DNA from: an uncultured Propionibacteriaceae bacterium
Lineage (GTDB): Bacteria > Actinomycetota > Actinomycetes > Propionibacteriales > Propionibacteriaceae
Assembly (NCBI GenBank): GCA_964585085.1
Contig: CAZPCM010000001.1
Location: 29,500 to 93,499, forward strand
DNA length: 64,000 nt
Direction: 5' to 3'
Shown one piece after another: positions 1 through 12,000 of this stretch. The notes under the pieces were generated by a model. It searched no databases. It had not been told where the DNA came from and saw only the letters and a list, made by a program, of their open reading frames with translations. The position numbers and the translations under genes were made by a program. Numbering within the stretch: the first letter of the stretch is position 1; every line of letters begins with the position of its first letter.

Positions 1-3000
1 TCGGCCACCCGCGGGTTACTGCCCGAGACCAGGTCGCAGTCGCTGTCGTCGTTGACGACGGTGACGTCAACACCTTCGGTGAGGAACTCCACAGAGGCAC
101 CGGCGCGGTAGGTGACGGACTGGCCGACGGCGAAGTACGGGGTGCCGAAGGTGATGTGGAAGTCGCCGCCGATCGAGCTGAAGCCGCGCAGCAGAGAGCT
201 CTCCGACGCGGTGGCCGCGGCATAGGTGTCGACGAGCCGGATCCGCAGCGGATCGATCTCGGTGGGGTCGGTGACGTCGCCGCTGATCGAGGTGGACAGC
301 AGCACGCCACGCACGTACAGCACCGCATTGGGGTTCACATACAGCGGGTCGCTGGTCGGCAGGCTCGTCTGCCACGGCTCCACGATGCTCAGCCCGCCGC
401 CAGGAAGGTAGTACACCGCGTCGCCGGACCGGAAGTTGTGCGGGCTGCTGAACGTGATGATGTCGAAGTTGGCGTCGACGCTGGCCACCGAGAAGGTGCT
501 CTCGAAGGCGATCCTGCCGGGGCTGACCACGGTGACGTTGTAGGGACGGCAGTCGGTCAGCGACGTGCAGGCGTCCAGGCCGCCGATCTCGCCGCCGGAG
601 GTGGTGTAGCTGACCACGTCGCCGGTCTGCAGCGGGAAGTCGACGGTCACCGTGTTGCTGGCGGGGTCGCCCGTGGTGTTGCCGGTGTTGACCGACTCGA
701 TCACGTCGCTCGGCGGCGTCTGCAGCGGGGTGCGGGTCAACCTGGCCCGGACGGTCACGTCGCCGTCGGCGGCGACGACCGTGCCGGTGCCGACCGTGAC
801 CGCCACGCTCGGGTCGACCACGGACTTCGCCGAGGACGCACCCGCGGTGATGGCGCCGCCGCCGTAGACCTTGGCGGTGGAGTCGGCTTCGGCCCGTCCG
901 ATCGCCTCGACGGTGAGGTCTCCGCCGATCCCTCCCGCGGCGGCGACCGTGATGTCGGCGCCGGCGCCGATGCCCGCGCTGACCGACGGCGTGCTGGTCG
1001 ACTCGGCGTACGGCGTCCCGACGTTCACCACGCCGCCGGTGCTGATCGTGGTGGAGGTGAGCGCCGAGGAGCCGGCGATCTCAGCGGTCACCGACAGGTT
1101 CCGGGCGGTGGTGATCTTGACGGCCGCTCCCACCGACGCGCCGACGCTGCCCAGCACCTTGGCCTTGGCGTTGAGGTCGGACACCGAGATGGCACCGCCG
1201 CCGGCCCGGTCGGAGGTGGACTTGGCGTACTGGCTGCCAGTGGCGGTGATGGTGATGTCGCCGGTGCTGCTGACGGTGGTGCGTCCCGAGAGCGGCAGGG
1301 TGGCCGCTCCGGCCGGGCCGAGGCGGGCGATGACGCTGGTGTTGACCAGGGTGTTCGACTCGCCCGTGGCCACGGTGATCGCGCCGCCGCCGCTGGAGTC
1401 CATCGTGGCCAGCGCGTTGCTCTCGCCGGTCGCGGTGATGCTGAGGCTGCCCACGATGAGGTCGGCGCCCTCGTCGGCGACGGCCGAGACCGGCGCCGCG
1501 GTGCCGGTGGTACCGATCGAGGCGATGGCGGTGAGGGTGGACACGTCGACGAACCCTCCGGAGCCGGCGACCGTGGTGGCCAGGGCACCCTGCACCACGT
1601 GGGCGTTGACGATCGTGGCCTGGGTGGTGGTGACCGTGGCGTTGCCGATCCGAGCCGCCGCGCTGCCGGTGATGATGGCCTCCGCCTTGAGGTTGGTGAC
1701 GGCGGCGATGCCACCCGTCCCGCCGGAGAGGACGGCGTTGGCGTTGCGGGTCGCCGGGGCGGACGCGTCGAGGTCGCCCACCTGCACCCGCAGGCTCTGG
1801 GCGGTGACCGTGGCGCCGTCGCCGACCTGGGCCAGCAGCGCGTCGGCGATGGTGGCGGTGCCGTTGACCGTGGTCACCGCGACGCCGATGACGCCGCTGC
1901 CGCCGGCCATGACGGCACTGGCCGCGGAGGCCGAAGTCGCGGCGACATCGACACCGCCGGCCGAGGCGGTGACGTCGGCTCCGTTGTCCAACCGGGCCTG
2001 CGTGCTGCCGCCGATCGTGGTGACCGCCTTGACCGTCGCCGTGCTGACACCCAGGGCGATGCCCACGGCGATGGTCAGGGTCTCGGCGTGCGCCAGGGCG
2101 TCCGTCCGGGCCTTGACGCTGACGCCGCTGGTGGTGGACGTGACGCCGCCGGCGATGACCGCCTCGACCGCGCTGCCGATGGTGTTCTGGGTGAACGAGT
2201 CGGCGCCGGCGCCGCCCACGAAGCCGGCGGCGACCGACACCGTGGGAAGCACGGCGACGATGCTGGAGGTGTCGTGCGCGGTCACGCTCACGGCGCCGTG
2301 CGCGGTGACGGAGCCGGCGCCGATGGACGCCCGCGTCCGCGAGGTTGTCGTGTTCACGGCCTTGGTGCCGGCGCCACTGAACGCACCGAGGCCTCCGGCC
2401 ACGGCGGCGGCGACGGTGTAGGCGCTGATCGTGGCGCGCGAGACCTGCAGCGTCCCGGCCACCCAGCGCAGCAGGTAGGCGCGGCCGGCGGCGATGTCGA
2501 CCAGGTGCCACACCGCGTCGGTGGTCACCGTGGTCAGGTCGAGGAGGCCGGCCGCCGAGAGCGGCTCCCCCTGGGCGGCGAAGAGACTGCCCAGCGTGGT
2601 GAGGGTGCTGCTGGCACCGGCGTTGAGCTGGGCCTTCGTGGGCAGACCCGAGGACAGGGTGAACAGCGCGGGCGACTGGGTGATCGCCGCGACCGTGACG
2701 CCGCCGGTGGTGGCCTCCAGCCCGGTGTCGGTGTTGCGAATGAACGCGGCGGTGTCGGTGCCGATCTCGTTGGTGGCCAGCGCGACCGCGATGGCGAGCG
2801 AGGCGCCCAGGGGGGCGATCGACAGGGCGACCGCCACCGCCCCGGTGGTGGCCGTGATCGACGTCGTGCTGGTCGCGGTCACCGAGACGGACGCGGCCGA
2901 GATGCCGGTGGCGCCGTCGCCGTCGATGGACGCCCACACCTGGGTGGCGATCCGGTTGGTGGCCTGGGCGCCCGCGCCAGCACCGGCCAGCGCGACGCCG

Positions 3001-6000
3001 AAGCTGGCGGCGGCCGCCACCGAACCTGCGGCGACGAGGGCGTTGATCGAGGAGGTGTCGGCGGCCGAGACGGTCAGCGCGCCGCCGGCGTCCACGCTGG
3101 TGTCGTCGAGGAACGCCTTGACCTGGTTCGGGCCCTCCTCGACCCACAGGGACGCGTTGGTGTAGTCCTGCGTGCCGAGGTTGCGGGACGCGCGCGGGCC
3201 GAGGTAGCGGTAGACCGCACCCGGGGTGCCGCCGCCGGCGTAGCCGTCCGCGAGCCGCACCTTGTCGCCGTACAGCACGGTCTTGGTGCCGGACGCGGTG
3301 GTGTAGGCGTAGTCCCAGCCGAGGATGTTGCGGGCGATCGCCGCGCCGATCGCCAGGGCACCGCCGCCCAGGACGCCGCCGGAGACACTGGCCGACAGGA
3401 CCGCGATGGTGGCCAGGATCCGGGCGGTGTTGGTGGCGGTCACCGACACCGCGCCGGTGGCGCCGAGGTCGGCGTCCGCGGCGGAGGAGCGGACGGCGGA
3501 GAGGATGACGTTCTCGGCGATCGCACCGGCGCCGCTGATGGTCAGGCTGATCGCGCCGAGGGCGGCGCTGATCGCCGCGGCGACGGTGAGCGACTCGATG
3601 GACGCCGCTTCGGTGGCACTGATGGCCAGCGCCCCGGCCTCGGCCTCGACCGAGGCGTCGCTGACGAAGGCCTCGATGCGGTCGTCGATGGTGTTGGTCG
3701 CCAGCGCCACCGCGATCGACACCGCACCGGCCACCCCGCCGACGCCGCCGGCGATGGCCACGGCGCCCACGTCCACCTTGATCGTGGACGTGTCGGTGGC
3801 GGTCAGGCTGACAGCGCTCGCCGTGATGATGTCGTCGATCCCGGCCACGCCGTCGCCGGCGATGAAGGCGGCCACGTCGACCGCGATCCGGTTCTCGGCA
3901 CTGGCGCCCGCGCCCGCGCCGCCCAGGCCGACCAGACCGCCGGCGACCGCCGCGGAGCCGGCCACCACGATCGCGGCGATGGTCTGCCGTCCGGTCGCCT
4001 GGACGGTCAGCGCCCCGGTGGCGTCCACGCTGCTGTCGAGCAGGTAGGCGCGCACCTGGGCGGCGTTGCGGGTCCGGACCTCGCGCCACAGCGTCGGGTC
4101 GGTGAAGTCGACACCGGTGTAGCTGCTCACCGCGGGCGTGCCGACGTAGCGGAACACCTTGCCGCTGAGCGGGCCGACGTCGACCAGAACCGTGTCGCCG
4201 GTGACGATCGTCTCGCCGCCGGTCAGGCCGTCGCTCACCACGTGGTCGGCCACGGTGCCGTCCCCGGCGTCGTAACCGATGATGTTGCGCGCGATCGCCA
4301 CGCCGATGGAGACGGCGACGCCGGCGATCCCGCCGCCCAGGGCCACCGACACCGAGACCACCGTGGCCAGGATCGCGGAGCTGGAGTCGGCGGTGAGGCC
4401 GACGGCCCCGCCGCTGGTGATGGTGCTGCGGGCGGCGTAGGCGTTGGTGGTGGAGGTGACGGTGTTCGCCGCCAGGGCTCCGGCGCCGCTGATCGCGATG
4501 CCGACCAGGCCGATACCGGCGGCCAGGGACGCGGCCACGGTGACGGCGTCGATGCTGGAGGCCACCACGTCGTAGCCGGTGGCTGTCTTGCGGATCACCC
4601 AGCTGCGGCCCGAGGCCACGTCGCGCAGCGCCCACTCGGTGCCCTGGGCCAGGACGGTAACCGCAAGGGTGTCCGAGAGCGCCAGGGCGGACAGCGCGCT
4701 CTTGATGGCATTGCGGGTGACGGCGGTGAGGCCGCCGGAGGACGACACGTCCGCGCCCTGGGACGCCGCCGTGGTCAGGGTGGAGCCGAGGCTCCCGGAG
4801 CCGACGGTGAGGACGGGGCCGGCGCCGGTGGTGGCCTTGATCTCCAGGGAGGAGACGTCGACCTCGGCGACGTCGGCCAGGTAGGCGGCGACGTCATTGG
4901 CCACCTCGTTGCGAGCCAGCGCGACTGCGATGGAGACGCTGACACCCACCACGCCGGCGGCCACCCCGAGGGACGCCGCGCCGACGATCGCCAGGATCCG
5001 GGAGGTGTCGGTGGCCCAGATCTTCGTCGTCCCGGCGTCGACGGAGGTGGCGGCGGCATCGGACGGATCACCCTGGACGTAGGCATGGACGATGGTCTGG
5101 ATGCGGTTGTCCGCGGTGGACCCGGCGCCGGTCAGTGTCCCGGCCACGGCACCGCCGGCCAGCGCGACGGAGAACGCCACCACGATCGCGTCGATGGTGC
5201 CCGACTCGGAGGCGCTCAGGAGGAGGTCACCGGCGGCGTCCACGGTGGACCGCAGGATGAACGCCTGCACTTCGGCCGGCGAGCTGACCGGGGTCAGGCC
5301 GTCCAGCGCCCAGCCGATCAGGTTGCGGGCGATGGAGAGCCCGACCGTGGCGCTGACCCCGACGAAGCCGCCGGAGATCGCCGCGGACGCCGCCGCCACG
5401 ACCGCCTTGATCGAGGCGGAGTCGGTGGCGGTGACACTCACGTCACCCGAGGTTCCGGACGCGGTCGTGGTGAGGTCGCTGTCGGTGACGTGCGCGAGGG
5501 TGTGGTTGAGGATGACGTTGGTGGCCACGGCGCCGGCGCCGCTGATGCCGATGCCGACCAGGCCGCCGCCGGCCGCAAGCGAGGCCGCGATGGCCAGGCT
5601 GTCGATAGCAGAGGAGTTGGTGGCTGCGATCGTCACCTCGCCGGCGCCGACCCCGTCGCCGACCCCGTCGATGCCGGCGGTGGTGGTGACGTCGATGGTG
5701 TTCTGGGCCAGCGAGACGCCCACCGACACGGCCACCGCGGCGACCCCCGCGAAGGCCGCGGCCAGGGAGGCGCCGAGGGTCAGCGCCCGGATCCAGGAGG
5801 CGTTGGTCGCGGTCACCGTCAGGGTCGCGGCGCTGATTCCGGTGAGGGCCTGGGCGGCCGGGGCGTCGCCGCTGATGGTGGCGGCGATGTCGGCGACGAT
5901 GGTGTTGAAGGCGACCGCACCGGCGCCGCTGACCCCGACACCGACCGTCCCGCTGCCGGCGACCGCGGCCGAGGCGGCGATGACCAGCGCGCTGATCGTC

Positions 6001-9000
6001 TGCTCCGCGGACGCGGTCACCTCGAGGGCGCCGTCCGCGTCCACCGAGGTGGTGGTGAGGGCGGCAGCGACCTCGTAGGGCACCCGGTCGCCCTGGTCGT
6101 CGTAGCCGCCGATGGCGTTCTCGGCGATGGCCACGCCGATGGAGACGCCGATGCCGGCGGTGCCGCCGATGGCGAAGGAGGCCGAGGCCGACACAATGGT
6201 GGCCACCACGGACGCGGTGCCCTCGGCGGTGACCTCGACGCCGGCCGCGCTGGTCAGCGCGCTGTCGGCGGCCCACGCGTGGGTGGAGCCGGCGATCTCG
6301 TTGCGGGCGTAAGCGCCGGCGCCGGAGACCGACACCCCGACCGACCCACCGATCGCCACCGCCAGGGACGCGGCGACGGCGACGGCGCTGATCGTGGGCC
6401 GCGAGACGCGGTAGACGGTCCCGCTGCCCGTGACCACCTTGGTGATCAGGTAGACGTCGGTGCCCGAAGTGAGCTGCCACGCCTGGCCGGGCTTCACGAT
6501 GGTCAGGGCCGGTGGGACGTAGGTCCACACCGTCGGTGAGGACGCGTACGCCTGCGCGTTGAGGTTGAGCAGGTCGGGGGTGCTGTCGCCATTACCGAGG
6601 TAGCGGTAGGACAGGCCGGTGGCGGTGTTGCGGACCACTTCGCCGTTCTTGACGATGACCCAGGTGCCCTGCTTCCAGTCGCTCCCGGTGAAGTCGACCG
6701 CGCCCAGGTCGACCCCGGTGGCGTCCGCGCCGGAGTAGATGTACACCTCGCCGGCCGTACCGCCGGCCGCGTGCCCGGCCGCGACCCGGACGGCGTCGCC
6801 TGCGGTCAGGTCGACCGTCCCGGCCAGTGTGGTGAACACCGGCTTGACGACGTCGCTGGTGGAGTGCGCGCCGGCGGTGAGCGGGACGCCGTTGCTGTTG
6901 AACTGCTGCTCGATGCCGTTGAGGATGGCCGCGTCGGCAGCGGCGTCCACCGTCTGCTCGTTGACCCCGGTGTTCGGGTCGTCGTCGGCGCCGGTGGCGG
7001 CGTCGTCGAGGGTGGCGGCCGGATTGGCGCCGAGCCCGCCGGTGCTCAGGTCGAACAGGTGCGAGCCGCGCGAGGTGGCCTTGATGACCAGGGCGTCGGC
7101 TGTGCTGGTGGTGGTGACAGTGGCGGCGATCACGGCCGCCTCGACGTCGACGTCGAGGGAGTTCAGTGCGATCGACAGGCCGATGGAGACGGCCACGCCG
7201 GTCGACCCGCCGACCCCGGCAGCGACGGACGCGGCACCGGCGATGACCCGGATCTGGGAGGCGTCGTCGGCGGTCACATTGAGCGATCCGACAGAGATGG
7301 TGACCGGGGCGGTGGGGTCGCCGCCGTCGATGATCGCCCTGGTGGCCCCGTTGATCCGGTTCTCGGTGTAGACCCCGGCTCCGGACAGGCCGACCCCGGT
7401 GGACCCGCCGCCGCTGACGGCGACGGCGCCGGCCAGGACGATCGCGTCGATGGTCTGATTGGACGATGCGGTGACTGCCACCGCACCGGTGGCGTGGACG
7501 TCGGCGCCGGAGACGCGTGCCTCGACGGCGGCCGTGCTGGGGTCGAGCCCCACCCGCGTCCACGCGGACGGGTCTGAGTAGTCGATGGTGGACAGGTCGG
7601 CGCTGGCCACCGGTGGGCCGCGGTAGCTGTAGACCTCGCCGTCCAGCACCCCGCCGACGATCCGGACCGTGTCGCCGGTGTTGAGCGCGACCGCGGTCTG
7701 GTCGGAGGTGTGATCGGAGGTGACCGCCACCTCGCTCCAGCCGATGATGTTGCGGGCCACCGAGACGCCCAGGGCCAGTCCGGCGGAGGTCCCGGTGCCG
7801 AAGCTGATCGAACCGGCGACGGCCAGGACGAGAGCCTTGATACTGCCGACGGAGGACGCGGAGATGGTGACGTCCTCGACGGGGTCGTCGACCGTGCCGA
7901 GCGAGCCGCCGCTGACGCCGGCGCGGGTGGTGGAGACGATGGTGTTGGTGGACTCGGAGCCGCCGCCTGCCAGGGCCAGGGCGGGGTTGCCGCCGGCGAC
8001 CGCGACCGAAACGGCGACCGCGATCGACTGCACCAGGATCTGGGCGTTGTTGGTGGCGGTGATGACCACGCCGTCGGGGGCGATGACCGTCCCGGGCGTG
8101 GCGACCAGGGCGAGCACCTGAGTGTCGATGGTGTTGTGCGCCAACGACAGCCCGACCGACCCGGCCCCGCCCTTGCCGCCGGAGAGGCTGGCGGCGACGG
8201 CCGCGGCCCGGGCGTCCGCGGTGATCGTGGAGGTATCGGACGCGGTGACCGCGAACGCGTGGCCGGTCTCGATCGAGGTGCTGGTGGCCGAGGCCTCGAT
8301 CCGGGTGCCGATCTTGTTGTCGGTCCACAGCCCGCCGATGGAGACCGCGAACGCGCTGTCGGTGGAGGCCGCGATCGCGACCGCGGTGGCCTCGACGACG
8401 GCGGTGATGGACGCGGTGCTCGTGGCCGAGATGGTGATGTCGTCGCCGGCGATGAGCTCGGCCGAGATCGCCCGGGCCTTGACCTCGATCGGGGTGACGC
8501 CGCCGTACTCGGCCCAGCCGATCAGGTTCCGGGCCAGCGAGAAGCCGATGGCGATGCCGGGCGTGGTCCCGGTCACGCCGCCGCCGATCGCGACCGCCAG
8601 CGCCGAGACCAGCGCGTCGATGCCGGCCGAGATCGCGGTGGTGATGTCCAGCGTCCCGCCCGCCTCCAGCTTGGCCGAGGTGACGGTGGCATTGGTGTGA
8701 CCCTTGATCAGATTGACCGCGGTGGCGCCGCCGCCGGAGAAGGCGATGCTGCCCTTGACGCTGATGGCCACTGTGATCGCCGAGGCGGTGGAAGTGGCGT
8801 CGATCAGCATGGCATCGGACGCGGCGACCTGGATGTTGCCGCTGGCCTTGGCCCACGGCACGTCGGTGACTTCGGCGTCGGTGGCGACCCGGACGTCGTT
8901 GCGGGAGATGCTCACGGCGACGCCGACACTGGTGCCGTCCTTGACGGCCAGCGACACCGCGGTGACCGGCGCCTCGACGAAGGAGGTGATGACGGCGCTG

Positions 9001-12000
9001 TCGGTGGCGGTGACGACCAGGTCTCCACCCTTGGCGTCGACCGACGGGGCGGGAACCGACGGCGGCAGCACGACCGCCGGGGCATCCTCCAGGATCGCCT
9101 GGGTCTTCGTGCTCACCTTGTTCATGGCCACCACGGCGTCCACGGAGACGGCGGTCGCCGAGCCGGTGAAGCCCTTGTCGAAGGTGGCGGCCGAGGTGGC
9201 GATGTGGGCGTTGATGGTGGCGTGGTTGACCGCGGTGACCGCGATCCCGCCGCCGGCGCTGAGGGTGCTGTCGGTGACGTGCGCGATCGTCTCAGCGGGC
9301 TTCTGGGTGCCGATATCGAGGCCGAGCAGGGCGTCGGCGAAGTTGAACGCGATGTTCTGGGAGTCCCAGCCGATGGTGTTGAACGCCAGGGTGACGCCGA
9401 CACCAGCGGTGGTGGCCTTGGTCTCGCTGGTGATCACCGCGGTGATGAACGAGGTGTTGGAGGCACCGACGACCACGCCGCCGCTGGTCGCGACGAGGTC
9501 CGCGCCGTCGACGGTTGCGTGCGCGCCGCTGAGGACGAGGTTGGTGGCGATGATCCCGTTGTAGGCCGACGAGCCGGAGCCGCCCTCGGCGGTGATCAGG
9601 CTGACGTCGGTGGCCTGGATGACCGCGCGCTCGCTGGCGGTCACGGTGATCCCGGCACCGGCGGTGACGTCGACGTCGAGAATCTCGGCGGTGACGCCGC
9701 CGCGGACGTCGTTGACGACCGCGATCCCTCCACCCGCGGTCGCCTTGGTCTTGAAGCTGAAGCCGATGTTGTCGAAGGACTGCAGGATCAGCTTGTCCCA
9801 CGGCCCGGTGGAGTAGTTGACCGCACCGAGGTCGATGGACGCGGTCGGGCCGGTGTACTCGAAGATGAACCCGGCTTCGGGGCAGGTGGCCAGGCCGCAC
9901 CCGGTGTAGTCGTCGGCGACCCGGACGAGCTCGCCGTCGGTCAGCGTGCGCACCCCGGAGTTGGAGGTGTAGCCGTAGTCGAGGAAGGCGGCCTCCAGCA
10001 GGCCCTTGACCAGGCTGAGGCCGAAGTCGTTGACGGTCTGGGCCAGCACCTCGAGGGTGACGTCGGCGTGGATCTCGGCGATCTCGTCCGCGGTGACACT
10101 GACCGCTCCCCCGGCCTGGACGCTCAAGGGGTCGCCGGTGGATTCCAGGGCGGCCCGGGTGGACACGTTGACCATGTTCTTCGCGATCGCGATGCCGACG
10201 GCCAGGCCCTCCGACCCGTAGACCATGACCACCACGGAGGAGGCCTGGTTGGTGACCTCAGCGTTGATGACCGCCTCGTTGACCGCCGCCACGGCGACCT
10301 CGCCGCCGGCGTCCACGCTGGAGTCGATGATCAGCGCCTCGACCAGGGCCGGATCCTGATTGCCGAAGGCGTCGGCGATCAGCGGGTCGCCCAGGATCGC
10401 GTCCACCAGGTTGAACAGGAAGTTCTGCGACTTCCAGCCGATGGAGTTGAACGCCAGGACCACGCCGACCGTCTGCCCGGCCGACTCCAGCGCCGCCTTG
10501 GTGGTGGCGTCCATCTGGGAGAGGTTCTCGGCGTCGACGATCACGTCGCCGGCGGTGGTGATCGTCGAGTCCGTGATGGTTGCGCGGGCCTCGGAGAGGA
10601 CGACGTTGGTGGCGATGACCCCGCCGGCGGCGATCGAGTCGCCGTCGATCGGGAACGAGCTGCCACCGGAGGAGGTGATCGAGGCGTCCGCGATTGCCCG
10701 CATCAGCGCCAGCTCGACCGCGCGGACGGTAAGGGCCGCGGCGTCCACGGTCATCGCGTCGATGTGGGCGGTGGCCTCGCTTCGGATGTCGTTCATGACC
10801 ACTAGGCCGCCGGCGGCGATCGCGTCCGAGCCGCTGACGTTGATGCCGCTGGGCAGCAGGCCGGTCACGGGCAGCGGCTTCCACCAGCCGAGATCGTCGT
10901 AGGGGTGCGCGGGGGTGCCGAGGTCGACGCTGGTGGTCGGGCCCATCCACTCGTAGATGACGCCCTCGTCGCCGCCGAGAGGCTGCCAGGTCGCGGTGTC
11001 GGTGTAGTCGACCAGGCCGAGGTCGAGGGTGACGTCGGCGCCGAGGTAGCGGTAGGCACGTCCGTCCTCGCCGGCGATGAGCGCCCACAGGGCGGTGTCG
11101 GTGTAGTCCTGGGCACCCAGGTCGAGACGGGCGGTCTCGCCGACGTAGCGGTAGGTGGCGCCCGCGGTGCCGCCGCCGGCGTACCCGGTCGCCACCGTCA
11201 CCGCGTCACCGGCGAGGACGATGCGGTTGCCGGAGCCGGTGGTGAACCGGGCGTCGGCGTAGCCGTCCTCGACCCGGACGACCTGGCCGTTGGTCAAGTC
11301 GACCTCACCGTCGGCGCTGGTGAAATCGTCGTCGATGGCGGCGATCTGGACGGTGTCGCCGAACGCCAGGGTGCGGACGCCTTCGCTGGAGAGGTAATCG
11401 GCCGGGGTGAGGTTGTTGATCATCTTCTGGGCCACCGAGAACCCGCCGTCGTTGGAGGTCGTCGCGGAGGTCACCAGAGTGATGTTGGCGTAGATGCCGG
11501 CGTTGTCGGTGGCGATGACCGTCACGTCGCCGGTGGCGGTCACCGTCTCCTGGGCGGTGCCCGCGGTGCTGGCGATGAAGGCGTCCGCCCGCGAGGAGAC
11601 CTTGTTGGACGCGATGAGCCCGCCGACCGCCTTGCCGGTGGCGCCGTACAACGCGGAGGCGGCCGAGGTGGCAGCGTTGCTGAGGGTGGCATTCAGCTGG
11701 GCGGAGTTCTGAGCGTCGACGATGACGTTGGTGGCAGTCACCTCGGTGTCAACGATGGACGCGACTGCCTTGGACGGCTGCTCACCACCGAAGGCCCCCG
11801 AGATCAGCGGGTCACCCAGCAGCGCGTCGACGGTGTTGAACAGGAAGTTCTGCGACTTCCAGCCGACGGTGTTGAAAGCCAGGGTGATCCCGACTCCGGT
11901 GTCGCCGCTGGTGACCGCCGACAGCACGGTGGCGTCGATCCCGGAGGTGTTGAGCGCGGTGACACGCACATCACCGTCGACCGTCAGCACCGAGTCCTCT

